NCBI GenBank assembly: GCA_030616085.1
Contig: JAUWYA010000002.1
Span: 1-55,650 of the forward strand
Source: Candidatus Nealsonbacteria bacterium
GTDB taxonomy: Bacteria > Patescibacteriota > Minisyncoccia > Minisyncoccales > GWA2-38-27
Direction: 5' to 3'
DNA: 55,650 bases
Position 1 is the stretch's first letter. Each line of letters opens with the position of its first letter. Below are positions 45,679-54,747 of this stretch, piece by piece. The notes beneath the pieces were generated by a model that was not told the origin of the DNA, ran no database searches, and saw only the letters and a list, made by a program, of their open reading frames with translations. The position numbers and the translations under genes are program-made.

Positions 45679-47562
45679 TTAGTTTTTATCCCTGTATTCT
45701 CCTTCCTCAGCATCTTTAGCATCTTTGTTTTCTTCTTTCGGCTTTTGCTCTGAAGCTTTCTTATACAGCTCAGCTCCAGCTTTCTGTATTATCTGAGAAA
45801 GGTCATTGGTTTTACTCTTTATTTCTTCTATATTATCCTTATCCTTTACTTTTTTCAACTCATCTATTTTTTCCTGAACCTGCTTTTTCAAGTTTTCATC
45901 TATTTTATCTCCAGCATCTTTGCTTGTCTTTTCCCAGGAATATATTAAATTATCAGCTAAATTCTTTGCTTCAATTAATTCCTTTTTCTTTTTATCTTCC
46001 TGTTCGTGAGCTTGAGCTTCCTGCTTCATCTTTTCAATCTCATCTTTTGACATTCCAATTGAACCCTCAATTCTAATTGACTGGCTCTTTCCTGTTGCTT
46101 TGTCTTTAGCTGAAACATTTAAAATGCCGTTGCTGTCAACATCAAAAGACACTTCAATTTGAGGAACTCCTCTTGGAGCTGAAGGAATGCCGTCTAAGAT
46201 AAATCTTCCCAAGGTTTTATTGTCAGAAGCCATTGGTCTTTCTCCCTGCAAAACATGCACCTCTACTGATGTTTGAGCTTCTGCTGCTGTTGAAAAGATC
46301 TGAGTTTTATTCACTGGATAGATCGTGTTCTTAGGAATTAAAACAGTGTTTACGCTTCCTAGTGTTTCAATTCCAAAAGAAAGAGGGGTTGCGTCTAACA
46401 ATAATACTTCTTTTGCATCTCCTCCTATAATGCCTGCTTGAATAGCAGCTCCCATTGCAACCACTTCGTCAGGATTAATTGATCTATTAGCTTCTTTGTT
46501 AAATAAATTCTTAACTGCTTCCTGAATAGCTGGCGTTCTTGTTTGGCCTCCAACCAATACAATTTCTTCAATGTCTTTTGGTTCAAGCTTAGCTCCTTTT
46601 AATGTTTCTTCTACTAATTTAATTGATTTCTCAATATATTCTTTAACTAAATCCTGAAACCGCGCTCTAGACAGCTTCAAGAACAAATGCTTTGGCCCGG
46701 AAGAATCAGATGTAACAAATGGAATATTAATCTCTGTTTCTAAAGTAGTTGATAATTCAATCTTTGCTTTTTCAGCTGCTTCTTTAACTCTTTGCAAGGC
46801 TAATTGATCTTTTGACAAATCAATTCCCTGATCTTTTTTAAACTGTTCAATTATCCATTCCATTACTTTCTGGTCAAAATCATCACCTCCCAAATGAGTA
46901 TCTCCGCCCACTCCTATTACTTGAACTGTGTCAGGATCTTTTATAATATCTAATATTGAAACATCAAATGTTCCTCCTCCAAAGTCATAAACTAATATCT
47001 GCTGGCCTTTAGTTTTAGTTAAACCATAGCTTAATGCAGCAGCTGTTGGCTCATTAAGAACCATTTTAACATCTAATCCAGCTATTTCTCCTGCTATTTT
47101 TGTAGCTTTTCTCTGAGAATCATCAAAATATGCAGGACAAGTAATCACAGCTTGTGTAATTTTCTCTCCTATTTTCTCTTCAGCATCCTGTTTTAACTTT
47201 TGAAGAATCATTGCTGAAATCTCTGCTGGTTTATGCCACTTATCCCCCATTTTCACTTCTACGCTTCCATCGCTTGCTTCTTTAATCTCATAAGGCAGAA
47301 GCTTTTTATCATTCTGAATTTCTTTATCAGAAAATCTCCTTCCAAGCAATCTCTTTATGGAAGAAATAGTATTCTGAGGATTTGTAATCTGCTGGCGCTT
47401 GGCAGTAACTCCAACTAATCTCTCGTTGTTTTTGGTTAAAGCGACAACAGAAGGAGTTGTTCTTGTTCCCTCTTTGTTTTCTATAATCTTCGGCTCACCG
47501 TTTTCTATTATAGCGGTGGCTGAAAAAGTTGTTCCTAAGTCAATACCTAATATTTTTGCCAT
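45679..47562 (-). CDS. dnaK: Chaperone DnaK
   Basis: GIDLGTT, RTTPSVV, YDFGGGTFDVS, GDTHLGGDDFD. Confidence 0.98.
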   Translation of the reverse strand: MAKILGIDLGTTFSATAIIENGEPKIIENKEGTRTTPSVVALTKNNERLVGVTAKRQQITNPQNTISSIKRLLGRRFSDKEIQNDKKLLPYEIKEASDGSVEVKMGDKWHKPAEISAMILQKLKQDAEEKIGEKITQAVITCPAYFDDSQRKATKIAGEIAGLDVKMVLNEPTAAALSYGLTKTKGQQILVYDFGGGTFDVSILDIIKDPDTVQVIGVGGDTHLGGDDFDQKVMEWIIEQFKKDQGIDLSKDQLALQRVKEAAEKAKIELSTTLETEINIPFVTSDSSGPKHLFLKLSRARFQDLVKEYIEKSIKLVEETLKGAKLEPKDIEEIVLVGGQTRTPAIQEAVKNLFNKEANRSINPDEVVAMGAAIQAGIIGGDAKEVLLLDATPLSFGIETLGSVNTVLIPKNTIYPVNKTQIFSTAAEAQTSVEVHVLQGERPMASDNKTLGRFILDGIPSAPRGVPQIEVSFDVDSNGILNVSAKDKATGKSQSIRIEGSIGMSKDEIEKMKQEAQAHEQEDKKKKELIEAKNLADNLIYSWEKTSKDAGDKIDENLKKQVQEKIDELKKVKDKDNIEEIKSKTNDLSQIIQKAGAELYKKASEQKPKEENKDAKDAEEGEYRDKN

Positions 47563-47565
47563 AGT

Positions 47566-48063
47566 TTACTTAGCTATCTTTACCTTGGCAGATCTTATGA
47601 CCTTGCCATTTAAGATATAGCCTTTTTTAATTTCTTTAATAATAACACCAGATTTAGAATTGCTTTCAGTCATTTCCACTGCTTCATGAAAATTAGGATC
47701 AAACTCTTTTTTTAAGCAATCTATTTGTTCTACTCCTTGATTCTTTAAAAACTCTAATATCTGGTTTTTAGTATTTAATATTCCCTTAACCCATTCATTC
47801 TTTTCTAAATCTTTTGGAAGCTTCTCTTCTGCAATATATATATTATCTAATATATTAAGAATTTCCAAAATAAGGGCTTGGTTGGCAAACTTAATAACTT
47901 TATCTATTCTTTCTCCCTCTTCTCTCTTATAATTCAAGAAAGAAGCTCTTTCTCTTTTCCAGTTTTCTAAATATTCTTGTTCTTTGCTTTCTTCTTTATA
48001 TCGTCTTTTAGTTTTTTTATCCTTCATACATTTCATTATAAACAGCCCCTTGTCAAAAGTCAA
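47566..48063 (-). CDS. grpE: Nucleotide exchange factor GrpE (true start probably 48027 or 48036)
   Basis: RERASFLNYKR, FDPNFHEAV, KGY.LNGKVIRSAKV. Confidence 0.93.
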   Translation of the reverse strand: MTFDKGLFIMKCMKDKKTKRRYKEESKEQEYLENWKRERASFLNYKREEGERIDKVIKFANQALILEILNILDNIYIAEEKLPKDLEKNEWVKGILNTKNQILEFLKNQGVEQIDCLKKEFDPNFHEAVEMTESNSKSGVIIKEIKKGYILNGKVIRSAKVKIAK

Positions 48064-48066
48064 GCC

Positions 48067-48095
48067 TTGACATATCTATAATAGTTTGCTACAAT
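48067..48095 (+). promoter_or_regulatory. sigma70 promoter
   Basis: TTGACA-17-TACAAT with TG. Confidence 0.7.
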
Positions 48096-48149
48096 AGAAA
48101 ATCGTAAATAGAACCTTTAAAACTAAATATAATTTTAGGAGAGTAAAAA

Positions 48150-49397
48150 ATGACAAAAGAAAAAGAACAGAAAAGTGTTGCAAAAGAAACAAAAAAATCA
48201 GAAGATTTAATCTGTCTTTTCACAGAAAAGACGCAGTCAGCGGACTCGGTTATACGCATCAGGTGGTGTATTGACAAAGATGTTTTTGAAGACCTAAAGA
48301 TGAGAAAAGTTGAAAACGCCCATTTATTGTTAGTTGTGGTTAAATACGGCGAGAATCCTTGGCACAGAAAAGAAGTTCTGCGCAAACTTGTTCCTTTGGA
48401 GCAAGAGATGGAATTTATTCAATTCAAAGGGCCTGGCCTGCACAAGATAATGACTACTATTGTCTGGGATATCGATGGAAACGCTGATCGACTCAAAAAA
48501 ACATTTCTTACAAGTTATCACCGTAATTGCTATGACACGAATGTTTTAACCTACGAAAGAGATAAATTAGCAAAACCTAACGATATATCTTTGCGTACAG
48601 ATGGGATAGACGGAGGCGGTGTTCTTGAAGTAGATGTAGCAGAAGGTTTTTTTGCAAAAGATCCACCAAAATGGCTTAGCGAATGGGTAAATTTATTCTT
48701 TACGTGGAAACCCACTGATCAATGCGACTTTAGAAAACGTTGCATATTAGCGTTTTCAATACAGCCCATCCTTGTGCTAATCTGGTTAATCGGAAAAGAA
48801 CTAACCACAATTGGCATCGGTCTTTTCCTTCTTCTTTGCGGAATAAGAGGAGTAGATTTTTCTCCGGTTCGTCACCCCTTTAGGTCTGAAATGAACGAGA
48901 TCTGGAACAAACTAGAAGGATCCATCTTTTTCAACAAGAAGTATCCTTTCTTAGCTGCATTTACACCCATATTTGTCTTAACTATTTTTATTACTTTGTT
49001 ACTGGTAACTAATTATGTACCGGATTTGGACGTAAACATAGAAAAGACAATGATTCTTAGTGCTGTAGCTGTTACTTTTCTTTGTCTGATTATTACAATC
49101 TTCTGGAGTATCTACTGGGGTTTAATTATCTCTTGTGAAAAAATCACTGCTTGTGTTTATAAACTAAAAGCAAAACCCTGTAAGCCAAAATGGGAAATAG
49201 AGGAAAAGCGAAAAAGAGCTAGAGATTTCCAGAAAGAGCTTGCGTTAGAAAAAGAATACGAAAATCTTTCTTCTGTTGTGTGTACTGGCAGACAATTAGA
49301 ACCGTCTCTCGCCGCTCTTCCAGAGAAAAAAAGAACCATATATTTAAGGTTCTTGGACTTAAAAGCAAAAGTGTGCAAACCTTTTGCCGAGCATTAA
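48150..49397 (+). CDS. Hypothetical multi-TM membrane protein
   Basis: 415-aa ORF with own promoter, AGGAG SD and terminator; 3-4 hydrophobic segments. Confidence 0.75.
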   Translation: MTKEKEQKSVAKETKKSEDLICLFTEKTQSADSVIRIRWCIDKDVFEDLKMRKVENAHLLLVVVKYGENPWHRKEVLRKLVPLEQEMEFIQFKGPGLHKIMTTIVWDIDGNADRLKKTFLTSYHRNCYDTNVLTYERDKLAKPNDISLRTDGIDGGGVLEVDVAEGFFAKDPPKWLSEWVNLFFTWKPTDQCDFRKRCILAFSIQPILVLIWLIGKELTTIGIGLFLLLCGIRGVDFSPVRHPFRSEMNEIWNKLEGSIFFNKKYPFLAAFTPIFVLTIFITLLLVTNYVPDLDVNIEKTMILSAVAVTFLCLIITIFWSIYWGLIISCEKITACVYKLKAKPCKPKWEIEEKRKRARDFQKELALEKEYENLSSVVCTGRQLEPSLAALPEKKRTIYLRFLDLKAKVCKPFAEH

Positions 49398-49415
49398 AAT
49401 TTGCTTTAAAAACCA

Positions 49416-49443
49416 AAGAGCAAGCAAAAGCTTGCTCTTTTTT
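49416..49443 (+). terminator. Intrinsic terminator
   Basis: AAAGAGCAAGC-AAAA-GCTTGCTCTTT followed by a T-run. Confidence 0.8.
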
Positions 49444-49491
49444 ATGAATATTAAAATAAAAACTTAAAATTAGATTTGACCCCTATTTCTT

Positions 49492-50181
49492 TTAAAGAAA
49501 AAGTTTCGGGAAGTCAGTGCCGATTTCATCAACGCCCATATTAATCAACCTCTCTCCTTCTTTTTTATTCTTAACATCAAAAACATAAACTTTCATTCCC
49601 AATTTATGAGCCCGGTTAACTATTTTCTTGTTAACAACGGGATAATTAGGACAAACATAATTTATTCCTATCAACCACCCTATAATCCACAAGACTATCT
49701 TTTTACTTATAATATATTCTTCAAATAATAATCCAAGATTAATTCTTCTGTTTAATATAGACATCTCTTGAAGGAACCGAGTTTTAAAAGAAGTTATTGT
49801 AACATTATCTAAAATACCGTTCTTAACAATTAAATCATAAACCCGCCGGGCCGTTCCTTTAGCTTTAAGTTCTATTTGAAGACCAATTTTACCCTTACAT
49901 AAATCAATAACTTCTTGAAGAGTTGGTATTTTCTGTCTTTCTTCGCAATTAAATTTCTTAATTTGCTTTAAAGTTAATTCAGCAATTTTGCCTCTTCCAT
50001 CTGTGGTTCTATCAACATCATCATCGTGAATAACAATCACCTTTTTATCTTTAGTTAATCTAACATCAAGCTCAATTTTATCACATCCTATTTCAATAGC
50101 TTTTTTAAAAGCTAGTAATGTATTTTCCGGAGCATAACCAGAAGCTCCCCTATGGGCCACAATTTTAACTCTCTTCTTCAT
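49492..50181 (-). CDS. Glycerophosphodiester phosphodiesterase
   Basis: VAHRGASGYAPENTL, IELDVRLTKD, IHD..VDRTT, IELK, GTDFP. Confidence 0.93.
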   Translation of the reverse strand: MKKRVKIVAHRGASGYAPENTLLAFKKAIEIGCDKIELDVRLTKDKKVIVIHDDDVDRTTDGRGKIAELTLKQIKKFNCEERQKIPTLQEVIDLCKGKIGLQIELKAKGTARRVYDLIVKNGILDNVTITSFKTRFLQEMSILNRRINLGLLFEEYIISKKIVLWIIGWLIGINYVCPNYPVVNKKIVNRAHKLGMKVYVFDVKNKKEGERLINMGVDEIGTDFPKLFL

Positions 50182-50268
50182 ATTTCCATTCTACCCCTTC
50201 ATTTAACTCAGGGCAAGCAAAAAATCGCCCAAAAGGCGATCTTTTTTTTGATTTTTTACTTTTTCCAC

Positions 50269-50356
50269 TTGACACTATAAATAGATTTTGCTATATTTAA
50301 ATAATCATTACGAAAAAGACCCTTATGCGGTTCTGTCCGCATTGGGGGCTTTTTCA
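50269..50356 (+). ncRNA. Candidate small RNA with promoter, antisense to the 3' end of the second NYN gene
   Basis: TTGACA-17-TATATT with TG; hairpin ATGCGG-TTCTGT-CCGCAT extended by CCC/GGG plus T-run. Confidence 0.45.
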
Positions 50357-50853
50357 TTTTGAGCTTTTAAAATTAACTTTTGATCATCTATATAAGATAT
50401 CTTCGCCCCTGTTCTTTTCAAAAGTATTGAACATTTCTTTGGAGTATTTGGAGATAATATAATACTCAATTTATGCCTTTCTATTAAAAATTTGACTAAA
50501 CCGGCATAATCTCCATCGCTTGTAATAATAACTGCTTTTTAAAATTTATTCTCATAGGTATCACAAACTGCTTGTAATACAAAATCAGCATCGCAATTAC
50601 CTTTTGGCTTTCCTGTTCCGTCATATATAATTTCTTTAAAAATAAGAGTAAATCCTGACTTTTGCAGATATGTGTAAAGATTTTTGTATTTTGAAATCAA
50701 ACCAATAAAAATATAAGCTTTTTTTACGTCATATTTTTCAGATAACCAAATTCTAAATCTTTTATAATCCAAAGACCATCTAAGTTCTTTAATCGCCTTA
50801 TCTAAATTTGCTCCGTCTATATAAGCGAAATTATTACTTTCTTTTTTCTTCAC
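50323..50853 (-). pseudogene. NYN-domain gene with an in-frame premature stop
   Basis: AYIDGANL...KGNCDAD...ENKF*KAVIITSDGDY...EKAPNADRTA*; TAA at 50539-41. Confidence 0.85.
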
Positions 50854-50983
50854 AAATTTTATTTCTCAATTAATTTTTTATTCTCTATATATTCAATTTA
50901 CTCCTTTTTTAGCTTAAAATCAAGCTAAAAATAATGACTGAAGCCTCAAAGCCAAGCTTCCTAATGGAAGCTCGGCTTTTTGA

Positions 50984-51025
50984 CGACAGCGACGGCATCC
51001 CCTGCGAAGCATTGAGATAAAAAAA
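50984..51025 (+). repeat. Second Excalibur-tail copy
   Basis: 38/42 identical to 22285-22326; encodes DSDGIPCEALR*. Confidence 0.8.
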
Positions 51026-51112
51026 GCATAAAAAAAGAGGTGCTGACCATTAAAAATCAACGCCTTTTTATATCTGGCAGTATCGTCTGGCGGTATCGGA
51101 TACCGCCAAGCC

Positions 51113-52522
51113 TTATTTCTTAAAAACAATAAATTTATAACCCAGGAAGTTCCAAACCATGGAAAACATAGTAGCAATCAACGCTCCAACAGTTGCCCAA
51201 ACCTTGGGAGAAATTCCAGCTTGAGGACCAATTACATTTACTGTTAAAGAAGCAATCCCCACATTTATTCCCAAACCAATTCCGCTCACTATTAAAAACT
51301 GCAAAAACTCTGTTGCAGTTTTTTCAGTCTCTCCTTTTTTAAAGGTCCAAAACTTATTCCAGAGAAAACTGTTAATTATGGCTATTAAGAAAGAAACTCC
51401 TTTGAAGACCGGGTAAAAAAGACCAGCAGTGATTCCAGTTAAAAGAATCTGTAAATTGAGCACTCCCCAATCAATCAAAGTGTTGGAAATCCCTACAGTT
51501 ACAAACTTTCCAGCCTGAAAGATAACTGGAACCTTTTTTCCTATAAGACTGGTGATATAAAGGCAGATTGCAGCTGCAATTGGAACAACAATTGCTAAAA
51601 GCAAACCTAAATGAATCTTCCAACCCAAAATATCAATCATTGTCTGGTAAATAACAGTGTCAAATTCTAAGGTTTTTAAAATTGTAAAAGCCAGCCAGGC
51701 AACCATTTCGCCAACAATTAAAGCAGAAATCAAATCAGTTTTTCTCCAAACAACTGACTCTGTTTTCTCTTCTTTTTTCTCATACTTTCCCAAAATCATA
51801 TTCTGTCTAATCTTCAATGTCTCAAAAAGCATTTTAACCATGCTTTTAAACTTTACTTTGCTTTGTGCATCATTTACCCAGGTTATTGGAATTTCTTTAA
51901 TTTTATAGCCCAGCTTCTTTGCTATAACTAAAACCTCTGGATCAAATCCAAAGTGGCGAATAGTGATTCTGGAAAAGATATCTTGAGCTGCTTTTTCTTT
52001 AAAACCTTTGAAACCGCATTGAGTATCTTGAATTTCCCAAAGGCCAATGATTATTTTTCTAACTAATTTAAAACCTCCTCCTAAAAGTACTTTTCTTATC
52101 CAGGGCTGAGGCACAGCTAAGACTGCTCCCTTTATATCCCTTGAACCAATAACAATATCATATCCTGCTTCAAACTGTGGCCACATTTTCTCAACTTGAT
52201 CAATTGAAGTTGAATTATCAGCATCAGTAAAAACCCTATATTCTCCCTTAGCTTCAAATATCCCCTCTTTTACTCCAAAACCCTTGCCCAGCCGTTGCTT
52301 GAACTCAAGGACTTTTAAGTTATTAATCTCTGGAATCAAATCCCTTGTTACTTCAACTGTCTTGTCGCTTGAACCATCGCTTACTACAATAATTTCAGAA
52401 GTATATGTTTGCCTTTTCAAATAGTTATTGATTTCTCGCAAAGTTTTTGGCAGTCTTTTTTCTTCATTATAAGCAGGAATGATTACTGAGAGGTGAACCC
52501 TTTTTTGATTTTGATTATTCAT
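51113..52522 (-). CDS. Polyprenol-phosphate glycosyltransferase (GT2, DPG-synthase-like) fused to a GtrA-like flippase
   Basis: LSVIIPAYNEE, GKG, FTDADNS, DTQCGFK; C-terminal GtrA NSFLWNKFWTF...WNFLGYKFIVF. Confidence 0.92.
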   Translation of the reverse strand: MNNQNQKRVHLSVIIPAYNEEKRLPKTLREINNYLKRQTYTSEIIVVSDGSSDKTVEVTRDLIPEINNLKVLEFKQRLGKGFGVKEGIFEAKGEYRVFTDADNSTSIDQVEKMWPQFEAGYDIVIGSRDIKGAVLAVPQPWIRKVLLGGGFKLVRKIIIGLWEIQDTQCGFKGFKEKAAQDIFSRITIRHFGFDPEVLVIAKKLGYKIKEIPITWVNDAQSKVKFKSMVKMLFETLKIRQNMILGKYEKKEEKTESVVWRKTDLISALIVGEMVAWLAFTILKTLEFDTVIYQTMIDILGWKIHLGLLLAIVVPIAAAICLYITSLIGKKVPVIFQAGKFVTVGISNTLIDWGVLNLQILLTGITAGLFYPVFKGVSFLIAIINSFLWNKFWTFKKGETEKTATEFLQFLIVSGIGLGINVGIASLTVNVIGPQAGISPKVWATVGALIATMFSMVWNFLGYKFIVFKK

Positions 52523-52766
52523 TGTTTTATTATTGCAGCTTACGCTGCATAATTACGGCATTCGGTTGAAAAAGAAAAATAAATTTTTCTTTTTCTCCCT
52601 TGCTTGTAATTATAACATAAAAGATGTTAAAATGTTAATAAAGATAAAGAATAAAAAGTGAAGAAAACAAATTTTTAAATCATGGGGATTGGGCGCGGCG
52701 AGTCCGCCAAAGGCGGGCGAGAAGGGGGCTTGATTTAAAAATTTTGTTTTCAAAGCTTATTACTTT

Positions 52767-54677
52767 ATGTCTAATCGTCTCACAAATTTAATCGCTGGCC
52801 TTCTACTTATTATAGTATTCCTGGTCTGTTTTTTCAGTATGAAAGGCGATTCAGCCACAATGGATGAAATGTCTCATATCCCGGCTGGCTATTCTTATCT
52901 AACGCAGAAAGACTTTCGTATTAACCCGGAGCATCCTCCATTGGTAAAAGACCTGGCTGCTCTTCCACTTCTATTTTTAGATCTAAACTTCCCGGAAGAC
53001 CATAGCTCCTGGGCTGAGGGAACTAATGAACAATGGACGTATGGTTCTCAATTCCTATACTATTCAGGAAATAATCCTGATCAGATTATATTTTGGGCCA
53101 GAATCCCAATGATTCTGCTTTTATTATTCTTAGGCTGGTTCATATTCCGCTGGACAAAAGAATTAGCAGGAAACAAAATTGCTCTTTTAGTATTAACTCT
53201 ATTTTCTTTCTCCCCTACTTTCTTAGCCCATGGAAGATTGGTAACTACTGATGTTGCTGCAGCTTTGGGAGTGGTTATGGCTTCATATTTCTGGATAAAA
53301 TTCCTAAGAAGCCCGACAAAAAAGAATATAATCTTTGCAGGCCTGATATTTGGAGTATCAATGCTTTTAAAGTTTTCTTTAGTTCTGGTTATCCCTCTCT
53401 TTGGCATAATCACTGTAATTTATGCTTGGTTGAACCCCGTTAGAGGTTATAAAGGCAAAATGGGAGCACAAAGCGAAAAAACCTCTAACGGGGTGAAATT
53501 CCAAGAAAAAGACTTTAAACAACGTTTCTTAGAAGTTTTAAAATACATTGGCATGGCTCTAATTGCAGGAATAATTGGAATGATTCTTATCTGGCCAGTT
53601 TATCAATTCCATCTTTTAAATTATCCAGCTGAACGCCAAGTGCGGGATTCTGAGATTACTTTAGCTTCAGGCGGTATAAATATTACAGAAGGTATTTGCA
53701 TCTGGATGGCTGATAAACCTGGACTAAGACCTTATGGCCATTACTTTCTAGGGCTTCTAATGGCTAGCCAAAGGGTATCTGGAGGCAATACTGTATATTT
53801 TCTTAATGAAATTTCAAATAGAGGCTGGTGGTATTATTTCCCTGTTGTTTACCTTTTAAAAGTTCCTTTAGCTTTTCATATTTTATCTTTAATTGCTCTT
53901 TTGTATGTATTCTGGCTAATTATAATTAAAAGGCCTTTTTGGCAGAATATCTTTCACCGAATAAAAGAATGGATAAAGAATCATTTTACAGAATTTTCAA
54001 TGCTGGTGTTTTTGGCAATTTATTGGATCACTTCTATAACCGGAGCTCTTAATATTGGTGTAAGGCATATTTTACCTGTTTTTCCTTTCATATATATATT
54101 AGTTGGTTTGGCAATAGCAGCATGGATAAACCCCGTTAGAGATTACAAGAGCGATGAAGAAAGGCAAATCAAACAAATCTCTAACGGGGTAAAAAGAATA
54201 TCCAGCGCGCTTTGGAAAAAAATAGCAGTTTCTCTAGTTTTAGTGCTTTTGGCCTTTTACATAATCTCTTCTCTCTTAGTTTGGCCCCACTATCTAACCT
54301 ATTATAATGAAATTGCCAAAGGTCCTAAGAATGGATACAAATATGCAGTGGATTCAAATTATGACTGGGGCCAGGATTTGAAAAGATTAAAAGAATGGGT
54401 AGATGAAAATGAGATTGAGAAAATTTATCTTAGTTATTTTGGCGGAGGCAATCCTGAATATTATCTAAAGGAAAAATATGCTCCTTGGTGGGGTGATCGT
54501 GATAAAAAAGAACTTCCAGAAGGAAGTTACTTGGCAGTCTCTTTAACATTGCTTCAAGGAGGCAAAGGAACTGCTGTAGCCGGCTTTGACCAATCAACCG
54601 GCTATTATCGCTGGCTTGACGATTATGAACCAATAGCTCGAATCGGCAACTCAATATTCATTTATTATATTGACTAA
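52767..54677 (+). CDS. GT-C (ArnT/PMT-like) membrane glycosyltransferase with two 21-aa in-frame insertions
   Basis: TMDE..H, NPEHPPL.K, LVTTD, NIGVRH, DSNYDWGQD. Confidence 0.88.
   Translation: MSNRLTNLIAGLLLIIVFLVCFFSMKGDSATMDEMSHIPAGYSYLTQKDFRINPEHPPLVKDLAALPLLFLDLNFPEDHSSWAEGTNEQWTYGSQFLYYSGNNPDQIIFWARIPMILLLLFLGWFIFRWTKELAGNKIALLVLTLFSFSPTFLAHGRLVTTDVAAALGVVMASYFWIKFLRSPTKKNIIFAGLIFGVSMLLKFSLVLVIPLFGIITVIYAWLNPVRGYKGKMGAQSEKTSNGVKFQEKDFKQRFLEVLKYIGMALIAGIIGMILIWPVYQFHLLNYPAERQVRDSEITLASGGINITEGICIWMADKPGLRPYGHYFLGLLMASQRVSGGNTVYFLNEISNRGWWYYFPVVYLLKVPLAFHILSLIALLYVFWLIIIKRPFWQNIFHRIKEWIKNHFTEFSMLVFLAIYWITSITGALNIGVRHILPVFPFIYILVGLAIAAWINPVRDYKSDEERQIKQISNGVKRISSALWKKIAVSLVLVLLAFYIISSLLVWPHYLTYYNEIAKGPKNGYKYAVDSNYDWGQDLKRLKEWVDENEIEKIYLSYFGGGNPEYYLKEKYAPWWGDRDKKELPEGSYLAVSLTLLQGGKGTAVAGFDQSTGYYRWLDDYEPIARIGNSIFIYYID
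53435..53493. mobile_element. 59-bp CCCCGTTAGA MITE-like element, in frame
   Basis: TIRs CCCCGTTAGAGGTT/AACCTCTAACGGGG; TGAA duplication; encodes NPVRGYKG...SNGV. Confidence 0.9.
54131..54189. mobile_element. 59-bp CCCCGTTAGA MITE-like element, in frame
   Basis: TIRs CCCCGTTAGAGATT/AATCTCTAACGGGG; TAAA duplication; encodes NPVRDYKS...SNGV. Confidence 0.9.
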
Positions 54678-54724
54678 TAAGAACCTGCTTGCTTCGCTCG
54701 CAAAACCTTGATTCGCTAAGGTAT
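54678..54724 (+). repeat. Two-hairpin dispersed repeat, copy 4
   Basis: TAAGAACC-TGCTTGCTTCGCTCGCA-AAACCTTGATTCGCTAAGGTAT immediately after the GT-C stop. Confidence 0.75.
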
Positions 54725-54747
54725 GAATATATATATATATTCTTGAA

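Noticed and set aside
48040-48100. CIRCE/HrcA operator upstream of grpE
   Set aside because: No TTAGCACTC-N9-GAGTGCTAA; the symmetry comes from back-to-back TTGAC -35 boxes
52684-52730. GC-rich patch with CCGCC-AAA-GGCGG as a riboswitch
   Set aside because: Only a short hairpin; no recognisable aptamer consensus
15253-54193. CRISPR array or inteins as an explanation for the CCCCGTTAGA repeats
   Set aside because: Copies are dispersed inverted pairs, not tandem repeat-spacer units; no cas genes; the 21-aa inserts lack intein terminal residues
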